From a virus: 64,000 bases of DNA. Of the stretch, positions 1 to 10,113 are shown one piece after another (position 1 is the stretch's first letter; each line of letters begins with the position of its first letter). The stretch is taken from the IMG/VR virus record IMGVR_UViG_3300024324_000425, positions 15,561 through 79,560 of that record; one strand, 5' to 3'. The translations under genes and the position numbers were made by a program. The notes under the pieces are model-generated. The model searched no databases, was not told the DNA's origin, and was given only the letters and a program-made list of their open reading frames with translations.

Positions 1-4
1 GGAT

Positions 5-382
5 GTGTTTGATTTGGTCTTACCCAACATTAAAGAATTGACTAAAGATGGTATTACTATATTAAAACGCTTTAAAGAGCCTATAACATCAACAGATCTT
101 CGACTAATAACGAAATTCGATAATGTGAAGTTAGTTGATTATAGTGATGATCGCGGATTAGAGTATGCATCAAAAACTGGGGAAGTACGAGAGTGTGTGT
201 TCATGAAAGAACCTTTGGTTACTAAGCGGGGAATTAGTTTGTGTTGTAAGGATCATAAGATTGAGGACTTGGTTATTGGTCAGGTTGGTGAAAGTCTAAA
301 AGATATATATAATAACATATCAATAGATGATGTCAAGTGTTCTATTGAATGTGATTGGTTTATAGATGCATCCACAGATTGA
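5..382 (+). CDS. C-terminal part of a probable radical SAM/SPASM-domain protein (probably starts before the window)
   Basis: C-x13-CC-x-D...IG...L.DIY...C-x3-C pattern resembles a SPASM/twitch domain. Confidence 0.45.
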   Translation: MFDLVLPNIKELTKDGITILKRFKEPITSTDLRLITKFDNVKLVDYSDDRGLEYASKTGEVRECVFMKEPLVTKRGISLCCKDHKIEDLVIGQVGESLKDIYNNISIDDVKCSIECDWFIDASTD

Positions 383-824
383 TCCAACTGAACATGATCT
401 TATAATAAGATTCTTTGGAATTGATCCAACCTCCAATATACTTTCTGGAAATCTTAATCTGGGAACAAGCGATTTTAGAAATATAATAGACTTCTATAGG
501 TTTGAATATAAAGATAGAGAAGCTGCGTTTTGGGATGTTGTATATCCAAAATCGTTGTTATATCCTAATATAGAAATACCTATTACAATGACACGTGTGG
601 CATTAGATTGGGTTGATTATGTTACAAAGGTTGATGTATCATATACTATTGATGATAATAAACTTATAATGAATACCTCCCCACAAGGTGATCGGTATAA
701 TAAAATGTTACAACTGATATGTTGTATGATATTTGTATCAGATTTTAATAATATGAGTGATGATAAAAAATATATAGACACGAGTGCGGCTTGGCTGATT
801 ATAATGAAGATAGCAAATGAATAA
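366..824 (+). CDS. hypothetical protein
   Basis: 152-aa ORF overlapping both neighbours. Confidence 0.6.
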   Translation: MHPQIDPTEHDLIIRFFGIDPTSNILSGNLNLGTSDFRNIIDFYRFEYKDREAAFWDVVYPKSLLYPNIEIPITMTRVALDWVDYVTKVDVSYTIDDNKLIMNTSPQGDRYNKMLQLICCMIFVSDFNNMSDDKKYIDTSAAWLIIMKIANE

Positions 825-1422
825 CCATGAATTTATAAAGATGTTTGAGGATGAGTTGAGTACCTACACCGGTGCACCTTATGTAGTCCTTACAGACTCA
901 TGTACTAATGCGGTGTTCTTAATGTTAAAGTATCTAGATATACAAACCACTATTAGTATTCCAAATCATACGTACATCTCTATCCCCCAACAGATTATAC
1001 ATGCTGGAGGTTGCGTCGAGTGGAATACTGAAGAATGGATAGGTTCTTATAATTTAAAGAATACTCCTATCTGGGATAGTGCTGTCGGGTTCCATAAAGA
1101 TATGTACATTAAAGATCAATTCATGTGTTTATCATTTCAACAAAAGAAAGCATTACCCATTGGAAAAGGAGGAGCTATTCTATTATCCAAAAAAGAAGAT
1201 TATGAAATTCTTAAACGAATGGCATGGGATGGAAGAGACGCTTCTGTATCTGTTGAAAGGGATATAAATAATATTATACTAGGATATCATATGAACATGA
1301 CCCCTAATGATGCGGTTAATGGATTATTACTACTTAATCAATTTACCGCGGTAAAGGATAATCAGGGATGTTGGTTAGACTACCCTAACTTAGACGTAAC
1401 AAAAGTAAATGGAGAAACATAA
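817..1422 (+). CDS. DegT/DnrJ/EryC1/StrS-family PLP aminotransferase (short form)
   Basis: SCTNA, DSA and SFQQKK..GKGGAIL (PLP-lysine) motifs, then GYHMNMT. Confidence 0.85.
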   Translation: MNNHEFIKMFEDELSTYTGAPYVVLTDSCTNAVFLMLKYLDIQTTISIPNHTYISIPQQIIHAGGCVEWNTEEWIGSYNLKNTPIWDSAVGFHKDMYIKDQFMCLSFQQKKALPIGKGGAILLSKKEDYEILKRMAWDGRDASVSVERDINNIILGYHMNMTPNDAVNGLLLLNQFTAVKDNQGCWLDYPNLDVTKVNGET

Positions 1423-2088
1423 ATGGATAAAAATCCAAATCGAACGTGTTGTGATGATGGCAAGTGCTATCGCCATGATGTAATTAATAAGCTGGAGAGT
1501 GAATTTAATATTATTGAAGCACTTGATGAACTAGAATGGGGATATACTCACACGTTTGTATTCATCGAAGATAAGCTATACTATTACAAACCTGAACTTA
1601 TATCACAAATCGCGGCGGATGCTGCTATATGGGATGAGTCTTATACAGGAGACTTTAAAGCTTCGGTTGATGAGATATCATCATTGTTAAATCAAGAAGT
1701 AATATTGACTGATGTTTATAGTAAATTAGATGAGTATATTAGAAGTGGTATTAACGGGATGCCAACATTCATTGAAGAGACTGAGAGTTTCTTAGTATTT
1801 GCGGATCCGAAGGCTGAGGTGATGCCTGTTGATGAGTGGAAAAATAATCTATTGAATATTAAAAATAGTTTCAGTGATGATATTAATCCATTGTTAGAAG
1901 TGTTTGGTGATAATGAGCTTTATATAAAGGGTAACCAAGTATATTGCTATGATATACTAGCCTTTGAAAATAACACTAATGGTAAGTTAGGAGTATTTAG
2001 TGAGGCTGATGATAAAATAGTGTTTAGTGCATTTGGCGAGTTAGATCCAACACAAGCTAAAGTCGTGGATCTGCTTAAAGAGTTATAA
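1423..2088 (+). CDS. hypothetical acidic protein
   Basis: 221-aa ORF with GGAG RBS, abuts both neighbours. Confidence 0.6.
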   Translation: MDKNPNRTCCDDGKCYRHDVINKLESEFNIIEALDELEWGYTHTFVFIEDKLYYYKPELISQIAADAAIWDESYTGDFKASVDEISSLLNQEVILTDVYSKLDEYIRSGINGMPTFIEETESFLVFADPKAEVMPVDEWKNNLLNIKNSFSDDINPLLEVFGDNELYIKGNQVYCYDILAFENNTNGKLGVFSEADDKIVFSAFGELDPTQAKVVDLLKEL

Positions 2089-2973
2089 ATGAATATATTA
2101 TTATTAGGCGGTGCCGGTTTTATTGGTACCCATTTAGCCAAACGGTTAAAAGGTGAAGGACATAACATAACAATCATTGATTCGTTGAGCACATCAGTAT
2201 CTCCGGATTATGGTGTTAACTTTATTAAAGGCGATGTGGCTACAATGGATTTAGATATCCAATTAATGGAAGCTGACTTAGTATATTACTTGGCAGGATC
2301 TGTTGGAGTAGAATACATTGATAAGAATCCATCAAGCACTCTATTCAATAACATTGACTTAATGACTAAGTTAATCCCTGCCTTTGAAAGAGCACAAACA
2401 AAAGTAATATTCTCATCCACTTCTGAAGTATATGGTGAAGGACCTTTCAACGAAGACAACGCATTAAGTATTGGTTCCCCTAATAAATTAAGATGGGGTT
2501 ATGCTTGTGCTAAGTTAATGACTGAGTTCATGATAAAGGCTTCTACATTCCCATCGGTTATTGTAAGATTCTTTAATGTAGTGGGACCTGGTCAATCCGC
2601 TGATTATGGTATGGTCCTACCTAGAATGGTAGCGGCGGCAAAGACCGGACAAAACTTAATTATATATGGCGATGGCAAACAAGTTAGATCATTCTGTCAC
2701 ATCAAAGATGCTATTGATGCTCTTATATTATTACAAGATGCTGAGGGTATATACAATGTTGGTAATGATACCCCCTCAACAATGAATGAGTTAGCAACGG
2801 CTGTATTAAGAGAAATAGCCACAACATCTAATATGAAGTATCGACCTTATGAGAAAGATTTCTCTAAAGAACATGGTGATATATACTATAGGGTACCTGA
2901 TATTACTAAGCTTAAAGAGCTCGGGTATGAACCTAAATATGATTTGAAAGATATTATAAGAGATATGTTATGA
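2089..2973 (+). CDS. NAD-dependent nucleotide-sugar epimerase/dehydratase (extended SDR)
   Basis: GGAGFIG Rossmann motif, SSTSEVYG, YACAK (YxxxK), RFFNVVGP, RSFCHI. Confidence 0.9.
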   Translation: MNILLLGGAGFIGTHLAKRLKGEGHNITIIDSLSTSVSPDYGVNFIKGDVATMDLDIQLMEADLVYYLAGSVGVEYIDKNPSSTLFNNIDLMTKLIPAFERAQTKVIFSSTSEVYGEGPFNEDNALSIGSPNKLRWGYACAKLMTEFMIKASTFPSVIVRFFNVVGPGQSADYGMVLPRMVAAAKTGQNLIIYGDGKQVRSFCHIKDAIDALILLQDAEGIYNVGNDTPSTMNELATAVLREIATTSNMKYRPYEKDFSKEHGDIYYRVPDITKLKELGYEPKYDLKDIIRDML

Positions 2974-3617
2974 AGATAGTTTTTATATTTGCTCATCCAG
3001 ATGATGAAGCGTATGGACCTGCTGGTACTATACACAAGTTAGCTAACGCTGGCCATAGTGTATCGGTGGTTGTTATGTGTAAAGGTAATAGGCCTGGTGC
3101 TGAAGAAGTATGTGATGATAGAATGGAAGCCTTTAAAAAGAGTTGTAGTTCATTAGGGGCTACAGGAACTATGTTCTTAAACAACGATTGTAAGTTAAAG
3201 TATGGAGAAACTCTTAAACAAATAGAAGGAGTTATTAACGATCTTCAACCAGAAGTAGTGTATACTCATAATATATCTGACATTCATAAAGATCATAGGT
3301 TAGTTGCAGAGTGTGTAATAGTAGCTACTAGGCCGAAGCCTGAGTCATCTATTAAAGAATTATATATGTGCGAGATCCCAGCATCTACTGATTGGGCATT
3401 TGGTCAATTAGGTGAGGCATTCCAACCTAATGTTTATAAAGATGTATCAATGGAAATATATAAGAAGCAACAGGTGATGGGATATTATGCAACAGAAGTA
3501 TATGAATATCCAGATGCTAGATCAATTGAAAGTATGGAAACTTTAGCGATGTATAGAGGTAAGACTGTTGGCATGCATAGAGCTGAAGCGTTTAAGCAGG
3601 TATATCGACTCGACTAG
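2970..3617 (+). CDS. PIG-L/LmbE-family N-deacetylase
   Basis: AHPDDE and DIHKDH metal motifs; C-terminal AEAF. Confidence 0.9.
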   Translation: MKIVFIFAHPDDEAYGPAGTIHKLANAGHSVSVVVMCKGNRPGAEEVCDDRMEAFKKSCSSLGATGTMFLNNDCKLKYGETLKQIEGVINDLQPEVVYTHNISDIHKDHRLVAECVIVATRPKPESSIKELYMCEIPASTDWAFGQLGEAFQPNVYKDVSMEIYKKQQVMGYYATEVYEYPDARSIESMETLAMYRGKTVGMHRAEAFKQVYRLD

Positions 3618-4104
3618 ATCCATAGAAGTCAGTGAAACCATAAGGCTTTAAAAGACCTGCATATAAACCATCTAGTTCTTCGTTGTAAGGAAAACAAAAT
3701 GATGTTGGTATATAATCTAATTCTTTCTTAAACCACGCTAGCATAAGTTCTGTATCTTCTTTGATATGTTTAACCTTATCAACTAACTTAGGGATTTTAG
3801 ATACATCTTTATGATAATGGGAATGGCCACCTATCTCTATACCCATATTGATTATCTCTTTGATTTGATCAATAGTCATATAGTTTTCAGTATTACCTTT
3901 AAACGCCTTTACATGAGCACTACGACAATCAATAAACTCTTCTGATTGTTTACCCCTACATATTATATTAGACGAGATAAAGAATATCTTATCATTAGGT
4001 AAGTCTTTACCGTATAGATACTGAGAGTATAGACCATCATCAAAGGTACACAATCCCTTTGGTATATTAGTGTCTTCTTTCATTTCGTGTATCATTAATA
4101 CCAT
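3592..4104 (-). CDS. polysaccharide deacetylase (CE4/NodB-like)
   Basis: TFDDG, GGHSHYH and FCFPY motifs. Confidence 0.8.
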   Translation of the reverse strand: MVLMIHEMKEDTNIPKGLCTFDDGLYSQYLYGKDLPNDKIFFISSNIICRGKQSEEFIDCRSAHVKAFKGNTENYMTIDQIKEIINMGIEIGGHSHYHKDVSKIPKLVDKVKHIKEDTELMLAWFKKELDYIPTSFCFPYNEELDGLYAGLLKPYGFTDFYGSSRVDIPA

Positions 4105-4169
4105 AATCTATCTATATCCTACCTTTCAGGCCATTCTTATATTATACACCATATATCATTTGTAATATG

Positions 4170-4177
4170 TATAAATA
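4170..4177 (+). promoter_or_regulatory. T4-type late promoter (gp55-dependent)
   Basis: TATAAATA 28 nt upstream of phoH. Confidence 0.75.
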
Positions 4178-4205
4178 AGTAATATAGTTTAATTTAAGGG
4201 TATCC

Positions 4206-4907
4206 TTGAGCAAAAAGAAAGTAGCCCCCAGTGCATTAGCACTGATGAACAAGCAACACTTTGAACTACAGGATGCAGAACCACTTAACGGTAAGCAACA
4301 TGAATTCTTTGCTAATTACGCCGGAGGTAAGTCCCAAGTCCTAGCAGGTTCTGCTGGTACTGGTAAAACCTTTATGACATTGTTTAAAGCATTTGAAGAG
4401 ATATTAAAGGCTAAGGTTAATTACCGAAGGATAGTTATTATTCGTTCGGCGGTTGCCACTAGAGACATTGGTCATCTCCCAGGAACCTTAGAGGAGAAGC
4501 AGGCCATTTATGAAATACCTTATGTTGGTATTTGTAATGAGTTGTTTGGACGTGGTGATGCGTATGCTTTAATGAAGAAGAATGGTATCATCGATTTTAT
4601 GCTTACTTCTTATGTTCGTGGTATAACTCTTGATGAGACTATTGTTATTGTTGATGAGTTTCAAAACTTAACAGCACACGAAGCAGATTCAATCATTACT
4701 CGTTTAGGTAAGGGTTCAAAGATTATATTTTGTGGTGATACATGTCAAACAGACTTCACCAGAAACAACGAAAAGGATATTGATAAGTTCCTTGCTGTAG
4801 TAAATAGAATGCCACAATGGTTTGATATTAACGAATTTGAATCAGGTGATATTGTACGAAGTGGTATTGTTAAGGAATACATTAAGACAAAGGAGAGAAT
4901 GGGATGA
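4206..4907 (+). CDS. phoH: PhoH-family ATPase
   Basis: GSAGTGKT Walker A, IGHLPG, RGITL, VDEFQN, GDTCQTD, IVRSG. Confidence 0.93.
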   Translation: MSKKKVAPSALALMNKQHFELQDAEPLNGKQHEFFANYAGGKSQVLAGSAGTGKTFMTLFKAFEEILKAKVNYRRIVIIRSAVATRDIGHLPGTLEEKQAIYEIPYVGICNELFGRGDAYALMKKNGIIDFMLTSYVRGITLDETIVIVDEFQNLTAHEADSIITRLGKGSKIIFCGDTCQTDFTRNNEKDIDKFLAVVNRMPQWFDINEFESGDIVRSGIVKEYIKTKERMG

Positions 4908-5116
4908 TTAATTTTAAAGAATTAAGAGAAGCCAAAGGCAAATCTAAGAAAGAAATTAAAGAGGTCGCTCAAGACGAGTTGATGCATAGTTTAGCTAATG
5001 CATTTTATGGTGATGAGGCTAAAGATAAAGCTGTATTTGCTGAAATGGATAAACAAATGAAACGTATTGAAAAGCTATTTGGGTATAAGCCTGGGTCTTG
5101 GCGTAGAGGTGGTTAA
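4904..5116 (+). CDS. putative internal head protein
   Basis: N-terminus MINFKELRE-A resembles the T4 capsid-targeting sequence. Confidence 0.55.
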   Translation: MINFKELREAKGKSKKEIKEVAQDELMHSLANAFYGDEAKDKAVFAEMDKQMKRIEKLFGYKPGSWRRGG

Positions 5117-5220
5117 TATGGAAGTTGTTACATTGTTACCATATATTAATGGCGCACTAATGATGGCAACGTGTGATTGGTCTCCTTGGATGTATTGCGT
5201 TTGATCCAAAACATAAAAGA

Positions 5221-5228
5221 TATAAATA
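5221..5228 (+). promoter_or_regulatory. late promoter
   Basis: TATAAATA, intergenic. Confidence 0.75.
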
Positions 5229-5254
5229 ACTATAACATATAAAGGGATTGCCCT

Positions 5255-5635
5255 ATGAAAGAGAAGGTAGCATCACTAGAGACTAAAATGGCTCTATTAC
5301 AAAGTGATATAAATACTATTAAGAACAGGGAACCTCAATTACCAGAGTGGCTTAGAAATTCTGCAATTATAGTTCTTATGGCTATGTTTGGTCAGATTGT
5401 TACTGCGGTTTGGTGGGCGTCAAGTATGACCGCTAATTTAGAGCACATTAACAATGATGTGGGAATGAACACCGAGTTTAGAATATCATATCCAAAGATG
5501 CATGCAGAAACTATGGTAAGTTTACACGGGCTAAAGAAGGACGCAGAGCATACCGGGGCTATGGTTAAAGACATTAAAAGCAAGTTAAAATTTATTGATA
5601 TAAAGGATCAAAGGGATCAAAGGAACACAAAATGA
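5255..5635 (+). CDS. single-TM coiled-coil protein (possibly lysis- or virion-related)
   Basis: hydrophobic segment AIIVLMAMFGQIVTAVWWA flanked by coiled coils; late promoter upstream. Confidence 0.5.
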   Translation: MKEKVASLETKMALLQSDINTIKNREPQLPEWLRNSAIIVLMAMFGQIVTAVWWASSMTANLEHINNDVGMNTEFRISYPKMHAETMVSLHGLKKDAEHTGAMVKDIKSKLKFIDIKDQRDQRNTK

Positions 5636-5859
5636 AAACACTACAACAAATAAGAGAAGCATCAGGCGACAAAGAAGCATACCAAAAGTTCTTTCAAGGG
5701 TTATTAAAGAAGTTCGGCGTTAAATCACCTGCAGAATTAGATGATGCAAAGAAGAAGGAATTCTTTAATGCTATTGAAAAGGGTTGGGAAGGTAAATCTG
5801 AAGAGCTTGAAACATATAAGAAAACTTTAGAGGCTTGTGATCACGAGGAAGAGGAGTAA
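5632..5859 (+). CDS. putative internal head protein
   Basis: MKTLQQIRE-A capsid-targeting-like N-terminus. Confidence 0.55.
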   Translation: MKTLQQIREASGDKEAYQKFFQGLLKKFGVKSPAELDDAKKKEFFNAIEKGWEGKSEELETYKKTLEACDHEEEE

Positions 5860-5862
5860 GTA

Positions 5863-7629
5863 ATGATTAATTTTAGTGCGTTAAGAGAGGCATTTAATGC
5901 TTCTTTAATAAAAAAAGCTTGTGCCATTGCTAACTCAAAGAAGTTTAAAGATGGTGATTATGACCATGCTTATGCTGCTATTGAGAAGTTAAAGAAAGGT
6001 TTAGCTGATGAGCCTAAAGTTGCAGCATGTTTAAAGAAAGCTAATGAATCAATAGCCTTAGCAGAAGATGACCTTGAGGAAGGTGTAGCAGTTGATATGC
6101 GAACTAAAGGTTATAAAGAAGCTATCGCAAGAGGCCTAAGTAAAGAAGCTAAAAAGAAATTAAAAGCTGAGAATTCTAAGACTTTACAAGATGCTAATAA
6201 CGCTTTACTAGGTAAGAACGAAAATATGACTGCTGGTGGGAATGATTCAACTGGTCCTATCGCAGGCCATGATAAACCATTAAGTAAGAAAAAGAAAATC
6301 ATGAAGCGCAAAGGATTTAAAGAATCCATTGAACTTGAAGAAGTGTTCAACCAAGCTCAAATGAAAAAAGCTATTGGTATTGCACGCAAATCAAGAGGTA
6401 ACTATGACAAAGCCTATGCTGAAATCGAAAAGATTAAGAAAGGTTTAGGTGATGAAGATATTATTGCTCATGTATTAAAGAAAGCCAATGAGTCAGTTGA
6501 AATTGAAGAAGGTTCAAATGGACTTGAAATTCAAGAAAGTGTAAACTTTAAGGCAATGTCTGATAAAAAATTATTAGACTGGATTAAAAAGAATGATACT
6601 GAAGACAGAGTAACACCTGTATTTGCTCGAATGATTTTAACTGCTTATAAAGAAAAGAGACGCAGAAAACTGAAGACTGAAGAAGCATACGACAGAGGTT
6701 CTATTCGTGATTTTAAAGTTGGTGATAAAGTAAAATTCGTAGATGATAAATCTAGTCACCATGGGCAAACGGGAAAAATAACTAAATTGATTGGTGGTAT
6801 TGGCGCAAGACAAAAAGCTCATGTTAAATTAGATAAAACAAAGAAAACAGTAATTGATATTTTAACATCAACTGATTTAATTAAAGAATCAGTTGAAGAA
6901 GCAGTTTCAATGAAAAATGCAAAAGGTATTGGTTTTGGTAAGAAAGGTGGATACGATAAGTATGTAACACTTGCTAAGAAGAAAAATGCTAAATCATATA
7001 AAGATGTATTGAAAGTATTATCACGTGAAGGTTTAGGTAAAGAAGAACTTGACAATGTTGCCGATTATGTAATGAATGCTTTAGGTGAGTCTGTTGACTT
7101 CTCATTAGAAGATGATTCTGGTTTACGAGATATGATTACATATACACAATTAATGGAAGGCGCTAATGTTAAATCAACTATGTCTGATTTAAACAAAAAG
7201 ATGTCTTTACTAAAGACCGATGTTAAGGGTGGAAACATTAACGATATTATCACAAGATTGACGTCAATTGAAATCTTCATGGGCAAGGCAATAAAAGATT
7301 TAAACAAACTTGTTAAAGAATCAGTTGAACTTGAAGAAGCAAAAGGCAGTGATTGTACTATTCAGAATGATGGTAGAAATAACATCGCTGTATGTATTGA
7401 TGGTCTTTCATTTGCTGATGCTCGTAAGGGTACACGTGGCGCTATGATGAATATTGATGGCTTTAAAAAGAAAGCTAAAGTTGCTTATGCAGATTCTAAA
7501 GGTAAACCTACTATCCCAGCTGTTAAGAAAGAAATCAAAGCATTAGGGGCTAAGAACTTCTATGCTAAATGGCAAGCGGATTCATCATCTTATAAAGACG
7601 ATTCGGTAAAGATCTGGTTCACTAAGTAA
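5863..7629 (+). CDS. modular Lys/Glu-rich putative internal head polyprotein
   Basis: MINFSALRE-A N-terminus, repeated ESVE(I/L)EE linkers, internal duplicated module, KOW/SH3-like segment. Confidence 0.6.
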   Translation: MINFSALREAFNASLIKKACAIANSKKFKDGDYDHAYAAIEKLKKGLADEPKVAACLKKANESIALAEDDLEEGVAVDMRTKGYKEAIARGLSKEAKKKLKAENSKTLQDANNALLGKNENMTAGGNDSTGPIAGHDKPLSKKKKIMKRKGFKESIELEEVFNQAQMKKAIGIARKSRGNYDKAYAEIEKIKKGLGDEDIIAHVLKKANESVEIEEGSNGLEIQESVNFKAMSDKKLLDWIKKNDTEDRVTPVFARMILTAYKEKRRRKLKTEEAYDRGSIRDFKVGDKVKFVDDKSSHHGQTGKITKLIGGIGARQKAHVKLDKTKKTVIDILTSTDLIKESVEEAVSMKNAKGIGFGKKGGYDKYVTLAKKKNAKSYKDVLKVLSREGLGKEELDNVADYVMNALGESVDFSLEDDSGLRDMITYTQLMEGANVKSTMSDLNKKMSLLKTDVKGGNINDIITRLTSIEIFMGKAIKDLNKLVKESVELEEAKGSDCTIQNDGRNNIAVCIDGLSFADARKGTRGAMMNIDGFKKKAKVAYADSKGKPTIPAVKKEIKALGAKNFYAKWQADSSSYKDDSVKIWFTK

Positions 7630-8438
7630 TGGCAAAGGTAACCAGCAGGCCTGAATTAATCGATCATTGCATGAGGGCATTAGGTGCCCCTGTGCTTGAG
7701 ATTAATGTTGACGAGGATCAAGTAGAAGATAGAATTGATGATGCCTTACAGTATTATCAAGAGTATCATTCTGATGCTGTTGTTCGCGCTTACTTTAAAC
7801 ACCAGTTAACTGCTGATGATATAACTAATAGCTATATTGCTATACCTGATTCTATCACTTCAGTCACTAAGATATTAGATATGAAGAGTGGTGAGTCTGA
7901 AGCTATGTTTAACGCTGAATATCAAATGCGTTTAGCCGATATGAATACTTGGGGAATGCAAAGTTCTATCCAAGTGTTTGGCCAGAAGATGCAACACCTT
8001 GCTTTATTAGATCATCAACTGAATAGCTCTGAGCTACTTAGATTCAATCGTCATATGAATAGACTATATGTTGATGAAGGCTTTGGTAGTCTTCAAGCGG
8101 GTAGTTGTTCTATTATTGCTCATACCACTAAAACTGCTTGTGAAGCGGCAAGTGGTATATGGACAGAAGCGGGTTTCATAATCATTGAAGGTTTTGAAAT
8201 TGTTGATCCACAAACATACTCCGATGTATATAACGATATGTTCTTAAAGAAATATTGTACAGCTCTTATTAAAAGACAATGGGGTGCTAACATGAGTAAG
8301 TTCGAAGGTATGCAATTACCTGGTGGAGTTACTATGAATGGTCTTCAAATCTTTCAAGATGCTGTTGAAGAAATTAATAAATTAGAAGAAGAAATGGCTT
8401 TGGCTTGGCAGATGCCGGACGACTTTATTATGGGTTAA
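7629..8438 (+). CDS. gp13: neck protein gp13
   Basis: LGAPVLEINV...QVEDRIDDALQ and KRQWGANMSKFEGMQLPGGVTMNG; synteny. Confidence 0.93.
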   Translation: MAKVTSRPELIDHCMRALGAPVLEINVDEDQVEDRIDDALQYYQEYHSDAVVRAYFKHQLTADDITNSYIAIPDSITSVTKILDMKSGESEAMFNAEYQMRLADMNTWGMQSSIQVFGQKMQHLALLDHQLNSSELLRFNRHMNRLYVDEGFGSLQAGSCSIIAHTTKTACEAASGIWTEAGFIIIEGFEIVDPQTYSDVYNDMFLKKYCTALIKRQWGANMSKFEGMQLPGGVTMNGLQIFQDAVEEINKLEEEMALAWQMPDDFIMG

Positions 8439-8443
8439 ACACT

Positions 8444-9373
8444 ATGGCAACTTCAGTATATTTTTCAGGCTCGGTAAAAACTGAACAAGAACTCTATGAG
8501 GATTTGATCACCGAGTCTATGCAGATTTATGGACAAGATATTGTTTATATACCCCGCCAAGAAATTAGTAAGGACGAGATCCTTAATGAATCCTATTCAA
8601 GATTTACAGACTCTTATGTAGTTGAAATGTACATAGAGAATGCTGATGGATTTGAAGGTGATGGAGATCTATTAGCTAAGTTTGGTTTAGAGATTAGAGA
8701 TCAAGCAACATTTATTGTTGCTAAACGCAGATGGCAAAAGCAGGTTGGCAAATGGTTATCAACAGCTCAAGGTGAATCGGATTCATTTAGACCTATGGAA
8801 GGAGATTTGTTATATCTTCCAATGTCTAAGAGTATCTTTGAAATCAAGTTTGTTGAACATGAAATGCCTTTCTATCAATTACAGAACTTACCTGTATATA
8901 AATTACAAGCTGAATTGTTCGAGTACTCAGATGAAGAGTTTGATACTGATATAGATACTATTGATCAAATAGAAACCCTTAATGCTACTTCATATACATA
9001 CACACTAACTACTGGTACAGGTACATATAAGATTGGTGAAACTGTTACACAATGGACCGGTGTTAATGATGCTGGTGGTTTACCTATTAATATCGAAGGT
9101 GAAGTTGCTGCTTGGGAAGATTTAGGTTTGTCTACCGGTAACCTAACCGTGGTATCACTTAGCACTACCGATGGCGCCTTTAGACAATTATATGTTGATG
9201 CTGATATAACTAAACAGGTTATTGGTACAGAATCAGGAGCTACATACAATGTGTTAATTGCTGATACTGCCACTAATTACAACAGAGACGAATATGCTGC
9301 TAATGATATATTCGAAACAGAAGCTGATGGTATTATAGACTTCTCTGAAACTAACCCATTTGGAATGCCATAA
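8444..9373 (+). CDS. gp14: neck/head-completion protein gp14
   Basis: EQELYEDLITESMQIYGQD, KFGLEIRD, PMEGDLLY, C-terminal DFSETNPFG; start reassigned to ATG 8444. Confidence 0.92.
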   Translation: MATSVYFSGSVKTEQELYEDLITESMQIYGQDIVYIPRQEISKDEILNESYSRFTDSYVVEMYIENADGFEGDGDLLAKFGLEIRDQATFIVAKRRWQKQVGKWLSTAQGESDSFRPMEGDLLYLPMSKSIFEIKFVEHEMPFYQLQNLPVYKLQAELFEYSDEEFDTDIDTIDQIETLNATSYTYTLTTGTGTYKIGETVTQWTGVNDAGGLPINIEGEVAAWEDLGLSTGNLTVVSLSTTDGAFRQLYVDADITKQVIGTESGATYNVLIADTATNYNRDEYAANDIFETEADGIIDFSETNPFGMP

Positions 9374-10101
9374 TGTTTTCTGATCATTTCTACAATTCAA
9401 GCACAAGACGGATGGTATCCGTGTTCGGATCAATGTTCAATAACATATCTGTTGAAAAGACTGATAGTGCTGGTAAAGTGTTACAACATATTAAAGTACC
9501 ATTAGCCTATGGCCCGAGACAGAAGTTCTTATCAAGAGCTAAAGACTTAGATGACACTAAGATTGCTATTAAGTTACCACGTCTTTCATTTGAAATAACT
9601 GATATGACATATGATGGTCAATCAAGAATTAATAAGAGTAATAAATATGTTAAGGTTGATCCATTAGATAAGAAGAACGTTACTGCATTGGGTGCACCCG
9701 CTGTATATAAAGTGGGGTTTGAGTTAAACATTATGACTAAGACTCAAGATGAAGCATTACAAATCTTAGAGCAAATCTTACCTATGTTCCAACCAGACTA
9801 TACTGTTACGATTACAGATATACCTGCGATGGAAATCAAGTCAGACGTTCCTATTGTATTAACTGGTGTAGGGCTTAATGATGAATATGAAGGTGACTTC
9901 TTAAGCAGAAGAACTATTGTATATACTTTGTCATTTGAAACACGTATACGTTACTATAAAGGTATTCAGAAACGCGGTATTATTGATAAGACAGAAGTAT
10001 ACTATAAAGATACAGATTCAAGAGAGAACATGGAAGTACAAAAGGTTGATGGAACAACCCTACCATATACGGAGACAATCGACTTTTTTAATGAACCGTA
10101 G
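9373..10101 (+). CDS. gp15: tail sheath stabiliser/terminator gp15
   Basis: HFYN..RR..VFGSMFN, VPLAYGPRQKFL, LPRLSFE, LQILEQILPMFQP. Confidence 0.93.
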   Translation: MFSDHFYNSSTRRMVSVFGSMFNNISVEKTDSAGKVLQHIKVPLAYGPRQKFLSRAKDLDDTKIAIKLPRLSFEITDMTYDGQSRINKSNKYVKVDPLDKKNVTALGAPAVYKVGFELNIMTKTQDEALQILEQILPMFQPDYTVTITDIPAMEIKSDVPIVLTGVGLNDEYEGDFLSRRTIVYTLSFETRIRYYKGIQKRGIIDKTEVYYKDTDSRENMEVQKVDGTTLPYTETIDFFNEP

Positions 10102-10113
10102 GACATATATTAT

